DNA from: Candidatus Giovannonibacteria bacterium
GTDB taxonomy: Bacteria; Patescibacteriota; Minisyncoccia; UBA11713; 2-01-FULL-45-33
DNA: 53,787 bases
Reading direction: 5' to 3'
Assembly (NCBI GenBank): GCA_016176295.1
Contig: JACOXN010000007.1
Coordinates: 1 to 53,787 of the forward strand
Made by a program: the position numbers and the translations under genes. Within the stretch, counting starts at the first letter, position 1. Each line of letters opens with the position of its first letter. The notes below the pieces were generated by a model that was not told where the DNA came from, did not search any database, and was given only the letters and a program-made list of their open reading frames with translations. Of this stretch, positions 27,070 through 35,937 are shown one piece after another.

Positions 27070-28763
27070 AATGGCTGCCTATCAGGCGGAATTGTATAAT
27101 AATTTATCAAAAATTCAACTATTTTTTTGAAAGGATCGGTCAAAGTGTGGGAAGCGTAATTTACTTCCTGCGGCTTTTCCAGCATAAGATAAATAAGAAA
27201 TTGCGGATCATACGCCGGCAAATAACCGAAGAACGAGTGCAGATATTCGCCTGAATAGCCTTTCCCGTCCGTCTTGGGAATTTGCGCCGTGCCGGTCTTG
27301 GCCGCAATGCTGTAGCCGGGAATTTTCGCAGCACCTCCGGCAAGGGAAGTATCCACCACGTTTACAAGCATTTGCGTTATCGTGTGCGATGTTTCTTTTT
27401 TTAAGACCTGCCTTATCACCTGCGGCGTATAGTCCTCCGTTATGACCGGCCGCATGAGCTTCCCTCCGTTTCCCAGCGAGGAAAGCGCCATCGCAAGCTC
27501 AAGCGGAGTCACCGCTACTCCCTGTCCGAAAGAGGCCGTGGCATATTCGATTTCCCGGCCCGAATCAAGATTTGAAAGGTCGCCGTAAATCTCTCCCGGC
27601 AAGTCCAAGCCCAGAGGTTCCTCCAAACCGTATTTTCTAAAATATTCGTAAAGATTTTCACCGCCCAACTGTCGCATTGCGAACACGGCGCCGGTATTCA
27701 AAGATTCCGAAAGCACGCGCTGCATGTCCACTTCCCCTCTTCCTTTGCCGTCGAAATTCCTGATAGTGGAAGGCCCTATCTTCAGAAAACCGTAATCCAT
27801 ATATTTTGTTTCCGGAGTTATTACGCCTTTATCAAGAGCGGCGGCGACGGTGAGCGGCTTAAAAACAGAGCCGAGTTCATAGATCTTTTCCACCATCGGA
27901 TTTAAAAAAACGGAAAGGTTCTTTTCTTTGTTATATTCGTTCGGATCGAAAACCGGCACCGCGGCCAGAGCCCGGATCTTGCCCGTCTTGGGCTCCAATA
28001 CCATGATGGCTCCGCTCGTGGCATGCCATTTTTCAAAAACTTCCTTCAATTGAGCCTCGGCGAACCTTTGGAGCTCAGGCTCAATGGTAAGCACCACATT
28101 GCCTCCTTCCCGCGCCGGGTTTGTGAACTGATCGCTTAAAGCAATTAAAATTCCTTTGGCATCCTTTTCCCCCCTTTCAGTCCCGAGGCTTCCCTTGAGC
28201 GTCGTCTCGTAGTATTTCTCGATGCCATATTTGCCTTCGGGCTCGCCGGAAAGAGTGGATACGAATCCAAGCACGTGCGAAGCCATGGTTCCGCCAGGAT
28301 AGTACCGCCAGCCTTTTTCCACAAGTTCCACCCCTTTCAGCTCCAGGGCCCGTATTTTATTTCCCTCCTCCTCCGATATCTGCTGTTTCAATACTTCGTA
28401 GGGGTCATCCTTTTTTTTTGAAATTGCAAAAAAAAGGTCTCGGTCAACAGGAGTTATTTTATTCAATTTTACGAATACTTCTTCAGGGTTCTCCAGAGAC
28501 CGCATATCCAGGTACAAAAGATACCCCTGCTGGGTCGTGGCGGCGGTAAAAAGACTTCCGTCTTTGTATCTTAAAGAAATATCCCCGCGCTTGGGCGCAA
28601 GCTCCACGTTGTATCCCTGCTGGCGCTGCGCCATGGCTTTATACCATGAGTAATTTACGACCTGCAGAAAAAAAAGGCGAACTATTATCGCCGCCGAAAC
28701 TAAAAGCACAAAAAAAACGACTACATATATTCTAGTAGAAAAGTGAGCTGATACCCGCGACAT
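27066..28763 (-). CDS. ftsI: Class B penicillin-binding protein (FtsI-like)
   Basis: PKRGDI, ELGSVFKP (SxxK), SLN (SxN), AKTGT; located in the mraZ-rsmH-ftsL cluster. Confidence 0.88.
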   Translation of the reverse strand: MSRVSAHFSTRIYVVVFFVLLVSAAIIVRLFFLQVVNYSWYKAMAQRQQGYNVELAPKRGDISLRYKDGSLFTAATTQQGYLLYLDMRSLENPEEVFVKLNKITPVDRDLFFAISKKKDDPYEVLKQQISEEEGNKIRALELKGVELVEKGWRYYPGGTMASHVLGFVSTLSGEPEGKYGIEKYYETTLKGSLGTERGEKDAKGILIALSDQFTNPAREGGNVVLTIEPELQRFAEAQLKEVFEKWHATSGAIMVLEPKTGKIRALAAVPVFDPNEYNKEKNLSVFLNPMVEKIYELGSVFKPLTVAAALDKGVITPETKYMDYGFLKIGPSTIRNFDGKGRGEVDMQRVLSESLNTGAVFAMRQLGGENLYEYFRKYGLEEPLGLDLPGEIYGDLSNLDSGREIEYATASFGQGVAVTPLELAMALSSLGNGGKLMRPVITEDYTPQVIRQVLKKETSHTITQMLVNVVDTSLAGGAAKIPGYSIAAKTGTAQIPKTDGKGYSGEYLHSFFGYLPAYDPQFLIYLMLEKPQEVNYASHTLTDPFKKIVEFLINYYTIPPDRQPL

Positions 28764-29088
28764 TTTGAGTTCGTTTTATTACATCGAATACATTAAGCTT
28801 CCCCGCGGCATTGGCTTCAATGAAGCTCCTCGATTTGCCGTCTTCGGCAATTAAAGCATGTTCGGCTTCCTGCATCAATAAATTTTCTTTCTCGAGCGTG
28901 GATAAGATATCTTCGCGCTGCAGATTTTGCGAAACTACCGACCCCGCGAGATAAAGATAAAATGATGCGGTAATTACAAACAGTGCGATGCCGGATTTAA
29001 AAAGCGCTTTTCTCTGCTGTAAAGACAAAGAAAAAATAGGTTCCGTGTAAGTATTCGTGTATGAAATTGCGAGTTGCAAAACGCTCAT
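28732..29088 (-). CDS. FtsL-like single-TM coiled-coil protein
   Basis: Position between rsmH and ftsI; TM followed by heptad segment. Confidence 0.6.
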   Translation of the reverse strand: MSVLQLAISYTNTYTEPIFSLSLQQRKALFKSGIALFVITASFYLYLAGSVVSQNLQREDILSTLEKENLLMQEAEHALIAEDGKSRSFIEANAAGKLNVFDVIKRTQNVAGISSLFY

Positions 29089-29981
29089 AAAATTTTTATT
29101 TTTTTTATTAAAATTCTCAATTTCGCACTGTTTGCACTGGGATTCCTTTTTAGTTCTTCTGCGGATGCCATTATCGGTTTTTTCGCCCCCAATTCAGCGC
29201 CGTCTTCGTCTTTCATTTTCCTGAAAAAATTTTTCACAATCCTGTCCTCCAGCGAATGGTATGATATTACGGCCATTTTCCCTCCGGCTGGTAATATTTC
29301 ATATGCTCCCCTTATCCCCTCCTCTATGGCACCCAATTCATCGTTGACCACTATGCGCAGCGCCTGAAATGCCTGGGCGATGTGTCGGCGGTTCAAAATT
29401 GCTCCTTCCGCGACGATTTTTAGATCTCCCACAGTAAGAATCTTGTTATGCTTTCTGAAGTTGACGATCGCTTCAGCCAATACTCTCGATGCTCTCCGGT
29501 CCAGTTCGCCATAATCTGAAAATATTTCCAAAAGACCGTCTTTGGGATAGCTGTTCAGTATCTGGGCGGCGCTTCCTTCTTCTTTTCCGAAATTCATCAT
29601 CAGAGGCTCATCTTCGCGCTTGAAAGAAAATCCTTTACCGCTAGCTTCGAAATGCCATCTTGAAACCCCGAGGTCGAAAAGTATCGCGTTGGGAGCTAAA
29701 AATTTTTCTTTCAGAGCAACCGACCTGATGTCGCGGAAATTCTCATTCACAATGCGCAGATTTTTCCAGATGCCCCCCTCCTCTTCCTTTCTGGCGCTTA
29801 TTATCTTGAACATTTCCGGGTCGCGCTCGATACCCAAGACCGCTCCGCTCTTTCCCACCGCTTCCAAAAAAACTCTTGCATGCCCTCCGCCGTCCAAAGT
29901 CGCATCTATCACTTTATCCCCTTCTTTGAGATTTAAATGTGCCTTTATTTCCTCTACTAAAACCGGAGTGTGAATTTCCAT
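29085..29981 (-). CDS. rsmH: 16S rRNA m4C1402 methyltransferase
   Basis: HTPVLVEE, DATLDGGGH, FDLGVS, FQALRIVVNDEL, ISYHSLEDRIVK. Confidence 0.94.
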   Translation of the reverse strand: MEIHTPVLVEEIKAHLNLKEGDKVIDATLDGGGHARVFLEAVGKSGAVLGIERDPEMFKIISARKEEEGGIWKNLRIVNENFRDIRSVALKEKFLAPNAILFDLGVSRWHFEASGKGFSFKREDEPLMMNFGKEEGSAAQILNSYPKDGLLEIFSDYGELDRRASRVLAEAIVNFRKHNKILTVGDLKIVAEGAILNRRHIAQAFQALRIVVNDELGAIEEGIRGAYEILPAGGKMAVISYHSLEDRIVKNFFRKMKDEDGAELGAKKPIMASAEELKRNPSANSAKLRILIKKIKIL

Positions 29982-30047
29982 CTCAATATTTCAAAAATAA
30001 ATAATTCATTAGGCGAGCACTTTTCATAGCTTCAGAGACATTCGTCT

Positions 30048-30120
30048 AAAATTTCCTTAGCCCCACCGCGGACAAGGTCGGAATTTAAATTCCGCGGTGG
30101 CCGCCCCCGCCTGGAAATTT
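30048..30120. repeat. Nested intergenic hairpin
   Basis: CCACCGCGGA (30063-30072) / TCCGCGGTGG (30091-30100) inside AAATTTCC / GGAAATTT. Confidence 0.5.
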
Positions 30121-30153
30121 TATCCGTATGTTTCTGAAGCTGTTTTTCCATCT

Positions 30154-30588
30154 CTAGTAAAGTCCAAGCTCTCCTAATTTTTCGGCGATCAGTTCGACAT
30201 TTCCTTGAGCGCCCTCGCTGAACTTGTGCCAGTCGCCGGGATTCCATATCTCAACGCGATTGTAGAGTCCGACAATAATGGCGGCTTCGGAAAGATTGGC
30301 ATGGACTTTCAGATAATCCGGCAAAAGAATTCTTCCTAAAGAATCAATCTCAACATCGGTTGCTCCCGCTATCATCATGCGGACGAATGTCCGCGTCTCG
30401 GATTTTCCCCATGGAAGCTTTGCTAATTTATCCGCCAAAATTTTCCATTCGGAAGCAGTGTAAAGAAACAAACATTTATCCAGTCCTCTGGTCACAATGA
30501 CGTTTTTCCCGAGCTCCTTGCGAAATTTTGAAGGAACGGAAAGGCGGTTCTTGTTATCGATCGTGTGGAGGTACTCCCCTATCAGCAT
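30154..30588 (-). CDS. mraZ: Transcriptional regulator MraZ
   Basis: MLIGEYLHTIDNKNRLSVP, VTRGLDKCL, IDSLGRILLP. Confidence 0.95.
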   Translation of the reverse strand: MLIGEYLHTIDNKNRLSVPSKFRKELGKNVIVTRGLDKCLFLYTASEWKILADKLAKLPWGKSETRTFVRMMIAGATDVEIDSLGRILLPDYLKVHANLSEAAIIVGLYNRVEIWNPGDWHKFSEGAQGNVELIAEKLGELGLY

Positions 30589-30620
30589 TTTTTTCTAAAA
30601 TTAGGACTAAATTAGTAACG

Positions 30621-30659
30621 TTATCCACACTATCCACAGCTTTATCCACCTTTTCCCAC
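30621..30659. promoter_or_regulatory. Cluster of GTGG(A/G) MraZ boxes that also match DnaA boxes
   Basis: TTATCCACA 30621, CTATCCACA 30630, TTATCCACC 30642, TTTTCCCAC 30651, just upstream of mraZ. Confidence 0.6.
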
Positions 30660-30836
30660 TTCGTTTTAATTGTATCCCACCGGTGAAACTACTTCAAGTG
30701 AAACAAAAAACGTTAAATATATTAACGGTTTTAAATAAAATCCTTTATCTACAACGTTTTTTATAATACTCCTATATTTATTTCCACTGGTTATTCACAC
30801 TGTTTCCCCTCACCTCTTCAACAAGTTCTCGAATGC

Positions 30837-31042
30837 TTGACATTTTCATGAAGTTTGATACTATAATAACGTTGAAATAGCGAGTTCGCTTCTCTCGGGT
30901 CCGCAGGGAAAGCAAATGGCCAACATTCAATGTTGACCAATTTGCCTTCAGACCCGAGGGAGGCGGCCGATAATAGCAATGGCCACCCTGCGTTCCGCAA
31001 GTCGAAGAACGCGCCTCGGATTATAAGCTGTAAAAAACAGCC
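30837..31042 (+). promoter_or_regulatory. Promoter and ~170-nt structured 5' leader
   Basis: TTGACA 30837, TGaTACTAT 30856-30864 / TATAAT 30862, long stem CTCTCGGGTC / GACCCGAGGGAG and further hairpins. Confidence 0.5.
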
Positions 31043-31204
31043 ATGAAGATTTTTCGAGTAATCGGGTTGGCCATGGCTATACTTGTTCTGCAATTCCTGA
31101 CCCCACAAATTTGGGCAGGTTTCCAGAGCGCTTTGCTGACTTTTTTCAAAGTCTTCGAAAGCACTCTGCAAAATGGACAAGCCGGCATTCCGCTCGGCCG
31201 CTAA
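31043..31204 (+). CDS. 53-aa small membrane protein (not in ORF track)
   Basis: Hand translation MKIFRVIGLAMAILVLQFLTPQIWAGFQSALLTFFKVFESTLQNGQAGIPLGR; promoter upstream and terminator downstream. Confidence 0.65.
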   Translation: MKIFRVIGLAMAILVLQFLTPQIWAGFQSALLTFFKVFESTLQNGQAGIPLGR

Positions 31205-31207
31205 CCC

Positions 31208-31239
31208 TCAAAACCAGATGAATCTTCATCTGGTTTTGA
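31208..31239. terminator. Bidirectional hairpin
   Basis: Perfect 15-bp inverted repeat TCAAAACCAGATGAA-TC-TTCATCTGGTTTTGA between convergent genes. Confidence 0.65.
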
Positions 31240-31273
31240 ACTTTTAGAAATCAAATTCGGACAAAAATAAAAA

Positions 31274-32746
31274 CTATTTCGGTTTCATTGTCGGAAAGAG
31301 GATGACTTCTTTGATATTTCTGGTATCGGAAAGAAGCATAGTGAGCCGGTCGATGGAGAGGCCGAGACCGGCGGCCGGAGGCATGCCGTATTCCAGCGCT
31401 TCAATAAAGTCTTCATCCAGAGGCTCCGCTTCTTTGTCTCCCGCTTTTCTGAACTTCTCTTGGGCTTCCATCCGCTTTTTCTGTTCCTCGGGATCATTTA
31501 ACTCAGAAAATCCGTTCATTAGTTCGATTCCGCCGACAATCAAATGAAATCGCTCCACAAGAGTAGGGTCGTCCCTTTTGTTCTTAGCGAGCGGCGAAAC
31601 CTCCACCGGCTCTTCCGTAATAAAGGTGGGCTGAATAAGCCTTGGACGGCAGACTTTTTTAAAAACCTCATCCGCTACTTTAGCCTTGGACGCGCCCGGT
31701 TCAACTTTTATGCCGAGCTGGGAGGCGCGCAGGAGAAATTCTTCATCCGAAAGTTTTTCAGGCTGCAGTATCAGCGCGTGCCTTTCGATGACGCGCCAGA
31801 ACTGAACCGACGGAACTTCTTTTTTAAAAAAAATATCGTTTTCCTCAAATTTAAAAACTGTGTCTCCGGTGACTTTTTTGATAAGCGATCCCAGAATTTT
31901 TATAATGAATTTTTTCAGCTCCTCGGCATCGATATACGCCGAATATAACTCAACGGTTGTGAATTCCGGATTATGAGTGGCATCAATCCCTTCGTTCCTG
32001 AAATTTTTTCCAATCTCGTAAACCTTGCTGAAACCGGCGACAAGCAGTCTTTTTAAATAAAGTTCCGGAGCTATCCTTAAATACATTTCCATATCGAGCA
32101 TCCGGTGATGGGTCTTGAAAGGCTCGGCCAAAGCTCCTCCGTACAAAGGCTGCAGAACGGGAGTCTCTGCCTCCACGAATCCTTCCTTATCCAGGAGAGC
32201 CCTTAACTCGCTTACGATCTTCGAGCGCAAAAGGAACCGTTCTTTAACATCAGAGTTCATCAAAATATCGAGATAGCGCTTGCGGAAGCGTTCCTCTACA
32301 TCGGTCAAGCCATGCCATTTTTCAGGAAGAGGCAGAAGCGATTTGGAAAGTATTTCCCATTTTAATACTTCAAGCGTCGGCTCATTCCTTTTTGTATTAA
32401 AAAGTTTTCCCGAAAGCGCCACAAAATCGCCCGTATCAATATTGTCGCTAAAAAGTTTAAAACTGTCCGCACCGACACGATCCTCCGCTAAAAAAGCTTG
32501 AAATTTTCCGGAACCGTCAAATACATCCAGGAATATTGAGCCCCCGTGCCCGCGGCTGGCCATAACTCTGCCGGCAATTCCTACGTTCTTCTTGCTTTTG
32601 GAGAGCTTGCTGAAATTCTTATGCAGCGCGGCTATCTCGGCTACTGCAAAAGAAAGCGAAGCGGGATACGGGTCAACGCCGCTTTCTTTCAAAGCCTTCA
32701 ACTTTCGAAGACGAAAATCTCTTATATCCTCGAGCGAAGAACCCAT
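31274..32746 (-). CDS. lysS: Lysine--tRNA ligase (class II)
   Basis: OB fold, RFRKRYLD, FRNEGIDATHNPEFT, GMPPAAGLGLSIDRL. Confidence 0.96.
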   Translation of the reverse strand: MGSSLEDIRDFRLRKLKALKESGVDPYPASLSFAVAEIAALHKNFSKLSKSKKNVGIAGRVMASRGHGGSIFLDVFDGSGKFQAFLAEDRVGADSFKLFSDNIDTGDFVALSGKLFNTKRNEPTLEVLKWEILSKSLLPLPEKWHGLTDVEERFRKRYLDILMNSDVKERFLLRSKIVSELRALLDKEGFVEAETPVLQPLYGGALAEPFKTHHRMLDMEMYLRIAPELYLKRLLVAGFSKVYEIGKNFRNEGIDATHNPEFTTVELYSAYIDAEELKKFIIKILGSLIKKVTGDTVFKFEENDIFFKKEVPSVQFWRVIERHALILQPEKLSDEEFLLRASQLGIKVEPGASKAKVADEVFKKVCRPRLIQPTFITEEPVEVSPLAKNKRDDPTLVERFHLIVGGIELMNGFSELNDPEEQKKRMEAQEKFRKAGDKEAEPLDEDFIEALEYGMPPAAGLGLSIDRLTMLLSDTRNIKEVILFPTMKPK

Positions 32747-32755
32747 GGATCGAAT

Positions 32756-33238
32756 TTAGTTAATATCTATAATTTTGTATTTGATGTTCCCCTTTGGAGT
32801 CCGCACATCCACTATTTCTTCTTTTTTGTGCCCCAAAAGCGCCCGTCCCAGCGGAGATTCATTGGATATTTTATTATCCGAAGGTGAAGTTTCCTGCGAG
32901 CCCACAATGTTGAAAGTCACCTCTTTGCCGCTTTCTGTCGCAACGACAACCTGTGAGCCGACATTCACTTTGTTTTTCTGGCCGTTTTTGCCCACTAAAA
33001 CTGCGCGCCGCAGTACATCTTCCAGCTCGACTATTTTCGACTCGTTCATCATCTGGGATTCTTTGGCCTCTTGGTACTCTGAATTTTCGGAAAGATCTCC
33101 CAAACTTTTTGCGAATTCCAAGCGGTCAGCTATTTCCCGTCTAACCTTGGTTTTACGCGAGTTAAGCTCGTCTTTAAGCTTAGCTAGCCCTTCTTCGCTA
33201 AAATATTCAGTTTCTTGATCTGTCATAGTAACATTCAC
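32756..33238 (-). CDS. greA: Transcription elongation factor GreA
   Basis: GDLSENSEY, ISNESPLGRALLG. Confidence 0.95.
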   Translation of the reverse strand: MNVTMTDQETEYFSEEGLAKLKDELNSRKTKVRREIADRLEFAKSLGDLSENSEYQEAKESQMMNESKIVELEDVLRRAVLVGKNGQKNKVNVGSQVVVATESGKEVTFNIVGSQETSPSDNKISNESPLGRALLGHKKEEIVDVRTPKGNIKYKIIDIN

Positions 33239-33261
33239 TATACAATAAATCCTTTAAAAAA

Positions 33262-34929
33262 TCAAAGCTTTGTTAGCCAATCAGTAGCCGTCATCCAGCG
33301 AAGCACTTCGCTCGTAACAAACGTAGCTCCCACAAGATTATGTTCGGAGCCGTTCTCCATGAGCACCGCGAAAGCCACTTTGGGTTTCTCGTATGGAAAA
33401 AATCCTATGGACCATGAATCTACGCGCCCGGTTTTTCCAATTTCAGCCGTTCCGGTTTTGGCCGCAACTTCGACAGGCAGACCGGAAAGCCCTTTGGCCG
33501 TGCCGTATAATACGGCATCGCGCATGCCGGCTTTAACCACCGCCAAATCCTCTTTTGGAACGATATCCGTGCGCACAATTTCAGGCTCGATATTCTTCAC
33601 AACTTTGTTGTTTTCATCCAGGACTTCTTTCCCTACGTGAGGCACTTTTAGAACTCCGTCGGAAGCGATTGCCGCCACATAAGCCGCCATTTGAAGAGGC
33701 GTCACCTGCAAGAAACCCTGCCCGATGGAAAGGTTGTACGTATCCCCCACATTCCAGCGCCGGCCGCCCAATTTTTCAGGGTCAGTATCCGGAAGATTTC
33801 CTTTTCCTTCTCCCGGAAGATCAACACCCGTGGGCGAACCCCAACCGTAAAGCGCTAAATATTTATTGATGAGGCTGACTCCCAAACCTTTCTGCCCCTC
33901 AAAGCCTCCGCCTATAGTATAAAAATAAACGTTGCTCGACATGGCAAGCGCCTCTCTCATATCGACCCATCCATGGGCTTTCCAGTCAAGAAACCTGCTG
34001 GGTTTGGAAGGATCATATGGGTTGGGAACGATAAGAACTCCGGAACTGAATATTTGTTTGGATGGATCAATAATATCTTCGTTCAGCGCGGCTGAAGCAA
34101 TTGCCGGTTTGATAATGGAACCCGCAGGATAAAGTCCGGCGATGGCGCGATTAAAGAACGGCTTCCCGGGATCGGAAATAAGTTCGGAAAGCGTATTTTG
34201 GGATGGTTTGGAAAGAAGAACATTCGGATCGAATTCTGGAGAACTTGACAGCGCCAAAATACCTCCGTCTCTCACGTCTATAAACACTCCCGCTCCGCCC
34301 GAAAAACCATGGGCTTTAGCCGCTGCGGCAATGGATTCGGAAAGTTTTATCTGAAGATCCCTGGAAAGATTCGTCTTTAAATTCATTCCCGGGCTGCTTT
34401 TCACGCTAATTCCCGAATCTATGACATTTCCTTTTGCGTCCACTTCTTCTATAAATGTTCCCGGAGTTCCTTTTAGGATGTCATCATAGTGTGCTTCCAC
34501 ACCGCTAACGCCTTTAACCTCTCCGGAGCGGGACAAAAATCCGAGAACATGCAAAAAACCGTAAGTCGGGTAACGCCGCACCCATTTTATTTCTTCCGTA
34601 AATCCAAAAAAATTATTCCCCGCCAGAATATTCCCCTCCCGGTCGTAGATTATCCCGCGCGCCGGAGAAAGACTGACGGTACGTAAATGGTTGTACTCTC
34701 CACGCGCAAAATATTTATCACCTTCGTAGACCTGGAGAAAAAAAATGCGCAATAAAAAAACGAACCCGGCAATAAAAAACACCAGCCCTACGTATAAAAA
34801 AACGTTTTTTTTGATGGGTTCTTCCAAAGACCCTTCGAAATTTTCGCGGTTATAGCCGGGAGAGTTGTAAGAGTCGAGAAATATCTCGTCGACCTCGAGG
34901 AAATCGCTATTTTTTCTTCTCAAACGCAT
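33262..34929 (-). CDS. mrdA: Penicillin-binding protein 2 (elongasome)
   Basis: PARGIIYDR, YPAGSIIKP, SSN, SIGQG, AAKTGT; follows mreBCD. Confidence 0.88.
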   Translation of the reverse strand: MRLRRKNSDFLEVDEIFLDSYNSPGYNRENFEGSLEEPIKKNVFLYVGLVFFIAGFVFLLRIFFLQVYEGDKYFARGEYNHLRTVSLSPARGIIYDREGNILAGNNFFGFTEEIKWVRRYPTYGFLHVLGFLSRSGEVKGVSGVEAHYDDILKGTPGTFIEEVDAKGNVIDSGISVKSSPGMNLKTNLSRDLQIKLSESIAAAAKAHGFSGGAGVFIDVRDGGILALSSSPEFDPNVLLSKPSQNTLSELISDPGKPFFNRAIAGLYPAGSIIKPAIASAALNEDIIDPSKQIFSSGVLIVPNPYDPSKPSRFLDWKAHGWVDMREALAMSSNVYFYTIGGGFEGQKGLGVSLINKYLALYGWGSPTGVDLPGEGKGNLPDTDPEKLGGRRWNVGDTYNLSIGQGFLQVTPLQMAAYVAAIASDGVLKVPHVGKEVLDENNKVVKNIEPEIVRTDIVPKEDLAVVKAGMRDAVLYGTAKGLSGLPVEVAAKTGTAEIGKTGRVDSWSIGFFPYEKPKVAFAVLMENGSEHNLVGATFVTSEVLRWMTATDWLTKL

Positions 34930-35209
34930 AAGTAAGAGCGCTAATCAGTAATGTGAAAAAAAATAAATGCAGAACGTATTTATACGATGGCCATGCCGGA
35001 TATGTAAGAACAAAAGACCAAATGAGCATCGCGAAAAATCCGGCGGACCATGCCAGCACCGCGTTGTATATAATATTGGTAAAAGAAAAAAAATCGAATA
35101 ATGCCACCATCATAAAAACGGGGAAAACATAGAACCCGGGATCGGGTGACGCTATACTTTCCCATAACGCGGCAAGAAAAATAGCCGTGAATATAGCGGT
35201 AAGTCTCAT
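34907..35209 (-). CDS. MreD-like membrane protein
   Basis: Hydrophobic 100-aa ORF between mreC and pbp2. Confidence 0.55.
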   Translation of the reverse strand: MRLTAIFTAIFLAALWESIASPDPGFYVFPVFMMVALFDFFSFTNIIYNAVLAWSAGFFAMLIWSFVLTYPAWPSYKYVLHLFFFTLLISALTYAFEKKK

Positions 35210-35937
35210 GGCCGTGAAATCATAACTTCACGGAGGTTTCCCAAAGACACAGGTATTTTTATATAAAATTCACGGAGCTGGCTTCCTGAATGGCTTTCCG
35301 CGCGTCCAATCATACCGAGAACATAGCTGCTTCCTTCCCCCCACCAAACGATATCCCCGACTTTGAGCTCTACTTCGCTCGGTAGCTCGGTGCGCATCTC
35401 TCCTCCGCCTACTCCTACAGCCTCAAAAACGATACTTTTGTCTTTTCCGCTCCTAAGCACGGTTTTTTGGCCCACCACCGAAAAAGGCACAGCCTTGCTC
35501 CAATTATTCCCTGTTTCGGATATTTTTCCCAAAATTTCCGGACCTTGCGCCGCTCCAAAAAAAACAAGACTTCCCTCTTCTATTCCGGAATCGGATCCTT
35601 CGTCCAGCATCAGAACATCGGAATACATAAAACCTCCCCCGACGACTACCTTTGCGGGCACCGTGCTGCCGTCTGCATTTTTCATCCGAAGAGATCCGCG
35701 CAAGCGCTCATTTTCTTCGGTCAGGTCAGATATTCTCGCCATAAGCAAAAGAGAATTTTCCGAATCCGCCTTTTGCGTGCGTTCCGGCAAAATAGAATCC
35801 GAAACGCGCACCGCACCGCCTTCAAAAGCCCGTCTTACCGGGGTAAAAAAAACTAAAACTCCCGAAATAACCGCGAGCAATATCCAAAAAAACGCGAAAG
35901 TGTTATTTTTTTTAATCTGGTGGAATATCATATTCAT
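35206..35937 (-). CDS. mreC: Rod shape-determining protein MreC
   Basis: TM, L..ENERLR coiled coil, LDEGSDSGI, GDIV; start uncertain (35931/35937/35967). Confidence 0.8.
   Translation of the reverse strand: MNMIFHQIKKNNTFAFFWILLAVISGVLVFFTPVRRAFEGGAVRVSDSILPERTQKADSENSLLLMARISDLTEENERLRGSLRMKNADGSTVPAKVVVGGGFMYSDVLMLDEGSDSGIEEGSLVFFGAAQGPEILGKISETGNNWSKAVPFSVVGQKTVLRSGKDKSIVFEAVGVGGGEMRTELPSEVELKVGDIVWWGEGSSYVLGMIGRAESHSGSQLREFYIKIPVSLGNLREVMISRP

Noticed and set aside
30600-30830. Chromosomal origin oriC
   Set aside because: DnaA-like boxes are present but dnaA/dnaN are absent, genes on both sides keep the same polarity, and MraZ boxes explain the proximal repeats.
30818-31180. 120-aa minus-strand ORF
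   Set aside because: It is the antisense of a promoter, structured leader and better-supported plus-strand small gene; no motifs.
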